Positions 36,151-44,083 are shown, counted from the stretch's first letter. The stretch: 64,000 nt of DNA from an uncultured Lichenihabitans sp. (GCA_964242785.1 CAXTBR010000017.1:1615-65614); one strand, 5' to 3'. The notes: generated by a model from the letters alone, not told the origin. Translations and numbers: made by a program.

Positions 36151-37257
36151 TCACTTCACGTTGGCGCCGACGGTCTTGTCCCAGTTCGTGGTGATGACGG
36201 CCTTGGAGGCGTTCTGCTGCTCGATGGTGGGGAACACGGCCGTGGCATAGGCCTCGGCCGGCGGCAGCTTCTTCACGAGGTCGGCCGGCACCTTGCCGTC
36301 CTTGGCCAGGGACCCGTAGCGGATCGGGTGGCAGTAGCCCTTGAGGTAGGCGATCTGCCCCTCGTCCGAGTAGACGTAGTCCATCCAGAGCTTGGCGGCG
36401 TTGGGATGGGGCGCGAAGGCGCTGATGGCCTGGACGTAGACGCCCGCCACGACGCCGGTCTTCGGCACCACGACGTCGATCTCCGGGTTGCCCTTGAGCG
36501 TGTCGCGGTCGGCGAGCGCGTTGTAGTCCCAGCGCACGATGACGGGCGTGGCGCCCTGGGCCAGCGACGCCACCTTGCCGATGGTCGGCACGAGGTTGCC
36601 GCCCTTGTTCATGGCCGCGAACATGTCGAGCCCGCCCTGGGCGGCCTTGGCGGCGTCGCCGCCCGCCTTCGACAGGCCGGCCGCGTAGACCGCGAGGATC
36701 GCCTGGTTCGAGGTCCGCGGGTCGCCGGCCAAGGCCACGGAGTTCTTGAGGTCGGGGCTCAGCAGGTCCGGCCAGTCCTGCGGCGAGGTCTTGACGATGT
36801 CCTTGTTCACCTCGAAGGCCAGCACGCCGTAGTAGTCGCCGTACCAGGCGCCGTCGGCATCCTTGTCGTCGGCGGGGATCGAGTCCCAGGTCGGCACCTT
36901 GTAGGGGGCCAACAGCCCTTCGGCCTTGGCCGTGGGCCCGAAGGACAGGCCGACGTCGATCACGTCGGGGGCCTGCGGGCCCTTGTTGCCCTTGTTGGCG
37001 CGGATGGCCTCGACCTCGTCGCCGGAGCCCGCGTCGGGGTTCAGCTCGTTCATCTTCAGGCCGTATCTCGCCTTGAAGCCGTCGATCATGCCGCCGTAGC
37101 CGCACCAGTCGTGCGGCAGCGCGATGACCGAAAGCTCGCCCTCGGCCTTGGCGGCCTTGACGAGGTCGTCCGACGACTGGGCGCGGACGGTGCCGGCGGA
37201 CGCCGCCAGGACGGCCAGCGTCGACAGCGAGGCGAGGAACTTCGTGGCTGTTGTCAT
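36151..37257 (-). CDS. ABC transporter substrate-binding protein (PotD/AfuA-like cluster)
   Basis: Signal peptide; AAKAEGELSVIALPHDWCGY, PDVIDVGLSFG, PHPNAAKLWMDY; ligand not assignable. Confidence 0.85.
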   Translation of the reverse strand: MTTATKFLASLSTLAVLAASAGTVRAQSSDDLVKAAKAEGELSVIALPHDWCGYGGMIDGFKARYGLKMNELNPDAGSGDEVEAIRANKGNKGPQAPDVIDVGLSFGPTAKAEGLLAPYKVPTWDSIPADDKDADGAWYGDYYGVLAFEVNKDIVKTSPQDWPDLLSPDLKNSVALAGDPRTSNQAILAVYAAGLSKAGGDAAKAAQGGLDMFAAMNKGGNLVPTIGKVASLAQGATPVIVRWDYNALADRDTLKGNPEIDVVVPKTGVVAGVYVQAISAFAPHPNAAKLWMDYVYSDEGQIAYLKGYCHPIRYGSLAKDGKVPADLVKKLPPAEAYATAVFPTIEQQNASKAVITTNWDKTVGANVK

Positions 37258-37422
37258 GGTCTTCCCTGAGGCTCACGGTCCGGTGCCGCACGGCGAAGCT
37301 GCCACAGGCCCGATCCCCGCGCTAGCACGGGTTTTTGACAGCCGGACGACGATGCCGAACCCCGCGCCGGGGCTCCGGTGAAGGCTCGGGCGGCTCACCC
37401 GCCCGCCCCGAAAGGACACGCC

Positions 37423-37848
37423 ATGTTGGACAGACGTCACGTCGCCTTCGCCCTGCTGGCCTGCCTCGTCGGCGCCCCGCCGGCCGCCGGCCAGGAGGGC
37501 CCGGCCTCGGGCACCGCTGCAGCCCTCTCCGAAAAGGGGCTGATGACGCTGACGATCTTTCTGAAGCACGACGAATCGCAGACGCTCGACGAGATCAACG
37601 CACGCCTGCGGCGCCAGGGTTTCTACGAGAGCTTCCCGCCGCCGGGCGTCGAGGTGCTGTCATGGAACGTGCTGATGGGGGTCGGGCAGGTCGTGACGCT
37701 GCGCTTCCCGGCGGAGCGCCTGCGCGAGGTGAACCGCGCCGTCGAGAAGACCGCCTGGGGCGGCTACCGCACGGAGTTCTATCCCACCTACGACTACCGC
37801 CCGACCGCCGCGAGGGAGCGGGAGGGTCTGCCGTCGGCGTTCCGGTGA
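37423..37848 (+). CDS. Hypothetical exported protein
   Basis: Signal-like N-terminus, SD AAAGGA; globular domain LTIFLKHD...FPPPGVEVLSWNVLMGVGQVVTLRFP...AWGGYRTEFYPTYDY. Confidence 0.65.
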   Translation: MLDRRHVAFALLACLVGAPPAAGQEGPASGTAAALSEKGLMTLTIFLKHDESQTLDEINARLRRQGFYESFPPPGVEVLSWNVLMGVGQVVTLRFPAERLREVNRAVEKTAWGGYRTEFYPTYDYRPTAAREREGLPSAFR

Positions 37849-37903
37849 CGGCTCAGCAATCGGGCGGCATCGCGCTTCGGCCGGCCCGCCCGGAGGGAGA
37901 TCA

Positions 37904-37919
37904 TGGCTGCGATCTTGCA
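37904..37919 (+). promoter_or_regulatory. Candidate sigma-54 (-24/-12) promoter of eutBC
   Basis: TGGCTG-CGATC-TTGCA with exact GG-N10-GC spacing, 160 bp upstream of the eutB ATG. Confidence 0.55.
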
Positions 37920-38079
37920 GGCAGCCCTGGAAATCGGGCATGACACGCTGACGCTGCGGTCCTCGGCTCGGGGCGGTGAGGTTCGACGCGCGGCTCGGTT
38001 TCACCGCCGCCGGGGAGCACCTCCACGGCGACGAGCGGATGCTCATGATGACGTCGCGGCCGATGAAGGGGAGATCGCC

Positions 38080-39462
38080 ATGGTGTACCGCCACGCCGTC
38101 GGCCGGACCTCCTGGGCCTTCGCCGACCTCAAGGACCTGATGGCCAAGGCCACGCCGCTGCGCTCGGGCGACATGCTGGCCGGCATCGCGGCGGGCTCGG
38201 CCGAGGAGGGGCTGGCGGCGCGTCACTGCCTCGCCGACCTGCCGCTCACGGCCTTCCTGGCGCAGCCGCTGATCCCCTACGAGGAGGACGACGTCACGCG
38301 GCTCATCGTCGACCGGCACGACGAGGCCGCCTTCGCGCCCATCGCGCATCTCACGGTCGGCGGCTTCCGCGACTGGCTGCTGTCCGACCTCGCCACCACC
38401 GACCTCATGGCGCGCATCGCGCCCGGGGTGACGCCCGAGATGGCGGCCGCGGTCTCCAAGGTGATGCGCAACCAGGACCTGATCCTCGCGGCCCGCAAGG
38501 CGCGCGTCGTCACCCGCTTCCGCAACACGATCGGCCTGCCCGGCACCATGGCGGTGCGGCTCCAGCCCAACCACCCGACCGACGACCCCGACGGCATCGC
38601 CGCCACGGTGGCGGAGGGGCTGCTCTACGGCTGCGGCGACGCCGTGATCGGCATCAACCCGGTGTCGGACTCGCCCGCCGTGCTGGGCCGGCTGTGCCAC
38701 CTGCTCTCGGACCTCATCGAGCGGCACGCCATCCCGACCCAGGCCTGCGTGCTGACCCATGCCACCACCACGATCGACCTCATCGGGCGCGGCGTGCCGG
38801 TCGACCTCGTGTTCCAGTCCATCGCGGGGACCGAGGCCGCCAACGCCTCCTTCGGCGTGACGCTGGACCTCCTCGCCGAGGCGCATGATGCCGGCCGCAG
38901 CCTCGGGCGGGGCACGGTGGGTGGCAACGTCATGTATTTCGAGACCGGCCAGGGCTCCGCCCTGTCGGCCGGCGCGCATCACGGGGTCGACCAGCAGACG
39001 CTGGAGGCCCGCGCCTACGCGGTGGCGCGGGTCTACGAGCCCTTGCTCGTCAACACGGTCGTGGGCTTCATCGGGCCCGAATACCTCTACGACGGCAAGC
39101 AGATCATCCGGGCGGGGCTGGAGGACCACTTCTGCGGCAAGCTGATGGGCCTGCCGCTCGGCTGCGACGTCTGCTACACCAACCACGCGGAGGCCGACGC
39201 CGACGACATGGACGCCCTGATGACGCTGCTCGGGGCGGCGGGCGTCACCTACATCATGGGCGTGCCGGGGGCCGACGACGTGATGCTGAACTACCAGTCG
39301 ACCTCCTTCCACGACCAGCTCTACCTGCGCGACGCTCTGGGCCTGAAGCGCGCCCCGGAGTTCGAGTCCTGGCTGCAGGGCCTGGGCATCACGGGGACGG
39401 ATGGGCGGCTGAGGCGCCACGCGCCGTCCCATCCCCTGCTGGCCCGGCCGCGCGCCGCGTGA
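38080..39462 (+). CDS. eutB: Ethanolamine ammonia-lyase large subunit
   Basis: DLMAKATPLRSGD, RLQPNHPTDD, YFETGQGSALS, VNTVVGFIGPEYLYDGKQIIRAGLEDHFCGK. Confidence 0.97.
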   Translation: MVYRHAVGRTSWAFADLKDLMAKATPLRSGDMLAGIAAGSAEEGLAARHCLADLPLTAFLAQPLIPYEEDDVTRLIVDRHDEAAFAPIAHLTVGGFRDWLLSDLATTDLMARIAPGVTPEMAAAVSKVMRNQDLILAARKARVVTRFRNTIGLPGTMAVRLQPNHPTDDPDGIAATVAEGLLYGCGDAVIGINPVSDSPAVLGRLCHLLSDLIERHAIPTQACVLTHATTTIDLIGRGVPVDLVFQSIAGTEAANASFGVTLDLLAEAHDAGRSLGRGTVGGNVMYFETGQGSALSAGAHHGVDQQTLEARAYAVARVYEPLLVNTVVGFIGPEYLYDGKQIIRAGLEDHFCGKLMGLPLGCDVCYTNHAEADADDMDALMTLLGAAGVTYIMGVPGADDVMLNYQSTSFHDQLYLRDALGLKRAPEFESWLQGLGITGTDGRLRRHAPSHPLLARPRAA

Positions 39463-40298
39463 GCGCCGACCCGGCCCCCGCGCCCGCTGGCGCCGTGACG
39501 GCCGCGGCCGTCACGCCCGACCCCTGGATGGACCTCGCCCGCCTGACGCCGGCCCGGCTGGCGCTCGGCCGCTCGGGCGCGTCGCTGCCGACCCGCGAGG
39601 TGCTGGCGCTCGGGCTGGCCCATGCGCGGGCGCGCGACGCGGTCCACGCCGCCCTCGATGTCGCGTCCCTCGCGGCCGGCGTGGTGGCCCTGGGATGCGA
39701 GGCCGTCGAGGTCGAGAGCGCGGCCCCGGATCGCGCCGTCTACCTGCGGCGGCCGGACTTCGGCCGACGCCTGTCGGCCCGCAGCCGGGCCCTGCTGACG
39801 GGGACCGGGGCGGACGGGGCGGACCTCGCCGTCGTGGTGGCTGACGGGCTCTCGGCCTCGGCGGTGGACCTCAATGCCCTGCCCCTCCTCGCCGCGCTGC
39901 TGCCGCTGCTCGGCGCGAGGCGCGTCGCCCCCATCGTCCTGGCGCGCCAGGCCCGCGTGGCGCTGGGCGACGAGGTCGCGGCCCTGATGGGCGCCCGCAT
40001 GGTGCTGGTGCTGATCGGCGAGCGGCCGGGGCTGTCGGCGGCCGACAGCCTGGGCGCCTACCTGACCTTCGCGCCGAGGGTCGGGCGGACCGACGCCGAG
40101 CGCAACTGCGTGTCCAACATCCGCGCGGGCGGCCTCCCGCCGCCGGCGGCGGCCGGCAGGATCGCCTGGCTGATCGATCAGGCCTTCGCGCTGTCGCTGA
40201 CCGGGGTGGCGCTGAAGGACGCGAGCGACGGCGCGCTCGTCGCCGGGACCGGCGCGGGGCCGGTCGGCCTCGCGGGGCCGCAAGCGGACGGCCGTTGA
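39459..40298 (+). CDS. eutC: Ethanolamine ammonia-lyase small subunit
   Basis: TPARLALGRSG, AHARARDAV, YLRRPDFGRRL, ADGLSA, LIGERPGLS..DSLGAYLT, RNCVSNIR. Confidence 0.95.
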   Translation: MSADPAPAPAGAVTAAAVTPDPWMDLARLTPARLALGRSGASLPTREVLALGLAHARARDAVHAALDVASLAAGVVALGCEAVEVESAAPDRAVYLRRPDFGRRLSARSRALLTGTGADGADLAVVVADGLSASAVDLNALPLLAALLPLLGARRVAPIVLARQARVALGDEVAALMGARMVLVLIGERPGLSAADSLGAYLTFAPRVGRTDAERNCVSNIRAGGLPPPAAAGRIAWLIDQAFALSLTGVALKDASDGALVAGTGAGPVGLAGPQADGR

Positions 40299-40350
40299 AG
40301 CAGGGTGGCCGGCTTGCCGCAGGCGCCACGGGGGTCCAAGACGCTCGCGG

Positions 40351-41052
40351 ATGACCGACTCACGCCCTTTCCCGCTGCGCTACCTCGGGCCCTTCGGCTC
40401 GCGCCCCTGGCTCGTCTCCGCCATGGGCCTCGGATTGGCCGCGGGCCTCCTGCTCGCCGCCGTGCCCTCGACCCTCGACGTCCCCACCCGCGCCATCCTG
40501 GCCTGGGACCTCGGCTGCATCGCCTACGTCTGGATGACGCTCCGGCGGATCAGGCGCCGCGACGCGCCCTACATCCGCGGCGTCGCCCAGGCGCTGGACG
40601 AGGGACAGGGCATGATCCTGGCGCTGGTGCTGGCGCTCTCCGCCGCGTCCCTGATGGCGGTGGCGGCGGAACTGTCCTTCGCCAAGGATGCCCACGGGCT
40701 CGACAAGGCGCTGCGCGCGGCGCTCGCCTTCGCCAGCGTGTCGGTCTCGTGGTTCGTCACGCAACTGATCTTCGCGCTGCACTACGCCCATGAATATTAC
40801 GCGCCGGACGACGACGGCGATCCCGAAACCCTGCAGCAGGGCGGGCTAAAATTTCCCGACGACGACGAGCCCGACTACTGGGACTTCATCCACTTCGCCG
40901 TGGTGATCGGGGTCGCGTCGCAGACCGCCGACGTGGCGTTCTCCTCGAAGCGCATGCGCCGGATCGGCACGGTGCACGGCCTCGTGGCCTTCACCTTCAA
41001 CACCGTGATCCTGGCCCTGACCATCAACATCATGGCCGGGCTGATCTCGTAG
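40351..41052 (+). CDS. DUF1345-family membrane protein
   Basis: FALHYAHEYY, PDYWDFIHFAVVIGVASQTADV, HGLVAFTFNTVILAL. Confidence 0.88.
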   Translation: MTDSRPFPLRYLGPFGSRPWLVSAMGLGLAAGLLLAAVPSTLDVPTRAILAWDLGCIAYVWMTLRRIRRRDAPYIRGVAQALDEGQGMILALVLALSAASLMAVAAELSFAKDAHGLDKALRAALAFASVSVSWFVTQLIFALHYAHEYYAPDDDGDPETLQQGGLKFPDDDEPDYWDFIHFAVVIGVASQTADVAFSSKRMRRIGTVHGLVAFTFNTVILALTINIMAGLIS

Positions 41053-41068
41053 CGGGTCCCTGCCCCTA

Positions 41069-41229
41069 GGGCCTATCTCGGTCGGGGGCGGTTGAGGGCC
41101 GGCGAGGAATTTTGCGGGTCGGGCAGGAGGGGCCGCGGGCGCGACGCCCCCGCATCGGGCGGTGGTCCCGACGCCCCCGGCGCGGAAAAGGACCGCCGGA
41201 CCGACCCGATCTCCTATCGAGAGAGGCCC
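41069..41229. mobile_element. 161-bp MITE-like element (family D) with 12-bp terminal inverted repeats
   Basis: GGGCCTATCTCG ... CGAGAGAGGCCC (11/12 inverted match); flanks CTA and TTA; single copy in window. Confidence 0.55.
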
Positions 41230-41478
41230 TTAGCCCCCGAGTCCCTGGTCGTAGACCTTGGCGCAGGGGGCGCTCAACTGGGCATGGTGCTGATCCATGC
41301 AGGCCTTGATCTTGTCCTCGTCGGGGATGGCGTCGTTGCACAGCTTCTGGACGTCGTCGTAGCAGAGGTGTTCCGCCTGCTGGCGCAGTTTTTCCTTGTC
41401 GGAGGGCAGCTTGGCGGCCGATGCCGGACCCGCGACGGTGGCCAGGAAGCAGGCGACGAGCAGGATCGGAGTCTTCAT
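41230..41478 (-). CDS. Small secreted cysteine-rich-repeat protein, paralog 1
   Basis: Signal peptide; CYDDVQKLC-x12-C-x11-C four-Cys pattern. Confidence 0.8.
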   Translation of the reverse strand: MKTPILLVACFLATVAGPASAAKLPSDKEKLRQQAEHLCYDDVQKLCNDAIPDEDKIKACMDQHHAQLSAPCAKVYDQGLGG

Positions 41479-41717
41479 CGGTCGGTCCTCGTGGGCGTGG
41501 CGTCACCGGACGGCGTCGGGCTTCGCTCGTCAATCGGGACGGGGGAGCGCCGTTCCATCGGGCCGCGAAGAGCGCCGCCGCGTGGCTCGAAAGCCACAGA
41601 CGCCGCCCTGCGGCGCCACGCCGCGTGGAGGTCCACGGGGCCGTTGCGCTTCGGATCGCGCGTCGTTTCGCGTGGAGGACGGCGGCCCGTCCGCACCGCC
41701 GGCCGCCGTGGAGTCCC

Positions 41718-41960
41718 TCACTTGAGGCCGGAGTCGAAGACCTTGCGGCATCCCGCGCTGAGCTGCGCGTGGTGGACCTTCATGCAGGCCTCGATCTTGG
41801 TCTCGTCCGGGATGTCGGCGTTGCACAGGGTCTGGACGTCGTTGTAGCAGAGGTGCTCGGCCTGCTGGCGCATGCGCTCCTTGTCGCTCACCATCCTGGC
41901 CGAGGCTGCGTCCGACGTGGCCAGCATCATCAGGACGCCGACGATCAGTTTGGTCTTCAT
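41718..41960 (-). CDS. Small secreted cysteine-rich-repeat protein, paralog 2
   Basis: MKTKLIVGVLMMLATSDAASA signal, SD GGAG; 41/55 identical to paralog 1 in the mature region (manual count). Confidence 0.8.
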   Translation of the reverse strand: MKTKLIVGVLMMLATSDAASARMVSDKERMRQQAEHLCYNDVQTLCNADIPDETKIEACMKVHHAQLSAGCRKVFDSGLK

Positions 41961-42101
41961 GCCAGTCTCTCCGTGGTTCGACGAACAGCATAGCAGAACA
42001 GGCTCATCCCTGACCGAGGCGGGGTGGGCCGGCGACGATAAAACGCCGGCGTGCCGCCATGGCATCATCGGCGCCGCGCGGCGGCGCCGGGGAGGGAGGG
42101 C

Positions 42102-42413
42102 GTGACGGTGGCGCGGTCCCGCTCCCGCCTCCTCGGCGCCATCGGCCTGCTGACGCTCATCGGCGTCGGGACGGCCTCGGCCGGCCCTCTGCCCACCGGG
42201 CCGCACTGGCCGGGGGCGGGGGTCGAGCGCGTCGCCCTGGTCTGCGGCCCGTTCCGCTGCGTCCAGCGCCCGTTCTGGCGTTACGGTTCCGGGACCGGCT
42301 TCCGCCCGCTCCGGCGCTTCGGCTTCGCGCCGGCCCGCCCCTTCGGCCATCCGCCCCTGGCTTTCGGCCGTTTCGGCGGCTACGGCGGGTTCGGTCCCGG
42401 CCGCCGCTGGTGA
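42102..42413 (+). CDS. Hypothetical small secreted protein
   Basis: SD GGAGGG, GTG start, signal peptide, VALVCGPFRCVQRP motif followed by Arg/Gly/Phe/Pro-rich tail. Confidence 0.6.
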   Translation: MTVARSRSRLLGAIGLLTLIGVGTASAGPLPTGPHWPGAGVERVALVCGPFRCVQRPFWRYGSGTGFRPLRRFGFAPARPFGHPPLAFGRFGGYGGFGPGRRW

Positions 42414-42453
42414 GGGTCCCGACACGGGAGTCGGGCCGGATTCACCGCGGCGC

Positions 42454-42469
42454 TTAAGCGGCGATTAAC
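42454..42469 (+). promoter_or_regulatory. CtrA-binding box (perfect consensus) with adjacent GANTC sites
   Basis: TTAA-GCGGCGA-TTAAC; GAGTC at 42428-42432 and GATTC at 42439-42443. Confidence 0.65.
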
Positions 42470-42646
42470 CAACATCGGCCTCAATGGTTCTCCAGAGGGC
42501 TCGCGAGGCTCTCCTTCCCGGTCGTCCGGCCCCGTGGCTCGGACGACGGCCCACGCGCTCGTCGGTGGGGCGCCGCGCGATGTCGCGTGGGCGCCGCCGG
42601 CCCGGCGGGGATCGGGCGATCCGGGATGGTGCCGAGAGCGAGGCGG

Positions 42647-43711
42647 ATGAGCGACGCGACCTTCGTCCTGGATGACTTCACCTCCTTCGACCGCCGTCCC
42701 CTGTCGCGCCGGCATTCCTCGCGCACCGTCGCGGCCGCGTCGCTCCTGGCGCTCGCTCTGGTGGGCGGCGCCTGGATGCTGGAAGCGCCGCCGCGGGCCG
42801 TCCAGCCGGCACCGGCCGCGCGACCCGCCACGAGGGCGACGGCCGGCGCGCCCCGGTCTCCCGCCGCGGCACCGCTGGCCTTCGCCTTCTCGCTCGGGGT
42901 CGACCCGCTGCCGCTGGAGCGGAGCGCGCCCCTGAGTTCCGACTTCGTGGCGGCCGCGACTGCGCGCGCGACCGAGCTCGCCGTGCGGGACGTCGGCGCC
43001 GCCCCGGAGGCCGCCCCGTCCCCGCCCGTCGCGGATGATGTGCCGCTGCCCGAGCCCTCGCCCCTCGCCGGGGGGGTGCCGCTGCCGGAGCCGCGCCCGC
43101 CCCTGCTGCGCGGCCCGACGGATCGCTCGCCGCCGCGGGGGCCGGCCCGGCAACTGGCGCGCCACGACCTCGCGGCCACGCCGTCGGCCGCCACGCCCGA
43201 CAACCGCGGCTTTCTGGAGAAGTTCTTCGGCATGCTGCGGCCCTCGGGTCCGGCCCTCGCCTATGCGGCACCGGAGGACGGCCTGCTCGGCAACTCCCGC
43301 AACGCCGTCGTCGACCCGGCCCTCCCGCACGACCGGTGGACCGCCGTCTACGACATCTCGGCCCACACCGTTTACATGCCGGACGGCACGCGGCTGGAGG
43401 CGCATTCGGGCCTGGGCGAGCTGCTGGACGACCCGCGTCACGTCGACGCCCGCAACCGCGGCGCCACGCCGCCCCACCTCTACGACCTGCAACTGCGGGA
43501 GCAGCCGTTCCACGGCGTCCAGGCGCTGCGCCTCAACCCCGTCGGCGGCAGCGGCGTCTTCGGCCGCACGGGGCTGCTGGCCCACACCTACATGCTGGGC
43601 CCGAAGGGCGACTCGAACGGCTGCGTCTCGTTCAGGGACTACAGGGCCTTCCTGCAGGCCTATGCCAACGGACAGGTGAAGCGGCTGGTCGTCGTGGCCG
43701 GAATCGATTGA
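42647..43711 (+). CDS. DUF2778 (Tlde1-like, L,D-transpeptidase-fold) domain protein with N-terminal membrane anchor
   Basis: TM segment, Pro/Ala linker, then TAVYDISAHTVYMPDGTRLEAHSGLG, RGATPPHLY, GLLAHTYMLGPKGDSNGCVSF (His...SxGC). Confidence 0.85.
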   Translation: MSDATFVLDDFTSFDRRPLSRRHSSRTVAAASLLALALVGGAWMLEAPPRAVQPAPAARPATRATAGAPRSPAAAPLAFAFSLGVDPLPLERSAPLSSDFVAAATARATELAVRDVGAAPEAAPSPPVADDVPLPEPSPLAGGVPLPEPRPPLLRGPTDRSPPRGPARQLARHDLAATPSAATPDNRGFLEKFFGMLRPSGPALAYAAPEDGLLGNSRNAVVDPALPHDRWTAVYDISAHTVYMPDGTRLEAHSGLGELLDDPRHVDARNRGATPPHLYDLQLREQPFHGVQALRLNPVGGSGVFGRTGLLAHTYMLGPKGDSNGCVSFRDYRAFLQAYANGQVKRLVVVAGID

Positions 43712-43775
43712 GCCGCACCGAGCCTCGTGCGGGACGATGTCGCGGGGCCGACAGCACTAGGCAGCCTTGCGTGGC

Positions 43776-43864
43776 TGAAGCCACGGTTGATTTCGCTTCT
43801 TCGAAGCGAAATCAACGCTGCTCAATCTTTTAAGTGTGAGCAGGTTCGCGAGAACCTGCTTTGA
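43776..43864. repeat. Two-hairpin palindromic element (family C), copy 2, opposite orientation
   Basis: Perfect stems GTTGATTTCGCTTC/GAAGCGAAATCAAC (14 bp) and AGCAGGTTC-GCGA-GAACCTGCT (9 bp) joined by an AT-rich spacer; shares the AAGCAG..AACCTGC arm with 1482-1587. Confidence 0.65.
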
Positions 43865-43870
43865 TCGTCT

Positions 43871-43946
43871 CGGTGCCGGTTGCAGGGATCGAACCCGCGA
43901 CCCCCTGATTACAAATCAGGTGCTCTACCGACTGAGCTAAACCGGC
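43871..43946 (-). tRNA. tRNA-Thr(UGU)
   Basis: Cloverleaf checked by hand: acceptor GCCGGTT/AACCGGC, D-arm GCTC/GAGC, anticodon arm CCTGA-TTTGTAA-TCAGG, T-loop TTCGATC; 3' end reads A-CCG rather than A-CCA. Confidence 0.96.
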
Positions 43947-44083
43947 GTCGCCGCCATTTTAGCCATCGCCCGACGCCTGACAACGGAAATCCCGAGCGGC
44001 GCGACCTGCGCCGTCGAGATCCCGCCGGCGAAGGCGGCGCGGCGCCCGGCCGCCGGGGCCGCGACGGAGCGCCGCGCCGCGGA

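Noticed and set aside
37849-38079. Cobalamin riboswitch or 59-aa N-terminal extension upstream of eutB
   Set aside because: No B12-box or GGGAA/CCCGC core found. The in-frame ATG at 37903 has an SD-like GGAG but overlaps the sigma-54 motif and adds non-homologous sequence; ATG 38080 has its own SD and matches EutB N-termini.
42411-42432. Fourth family A copy (TGA-GGGTCCC-GACAC-GGGAGTC)
   Set aside because: Only the 7-bp left end matches and the internal core is absent; it may be a collapsed relic but cannot be supported as a feature.
43712-43946. Genomic island integrated at tRNA-Thr
   Set aside because: No integrase, no duplicated tRNA 3' end found by eye, and downstream genes have host-like composition.
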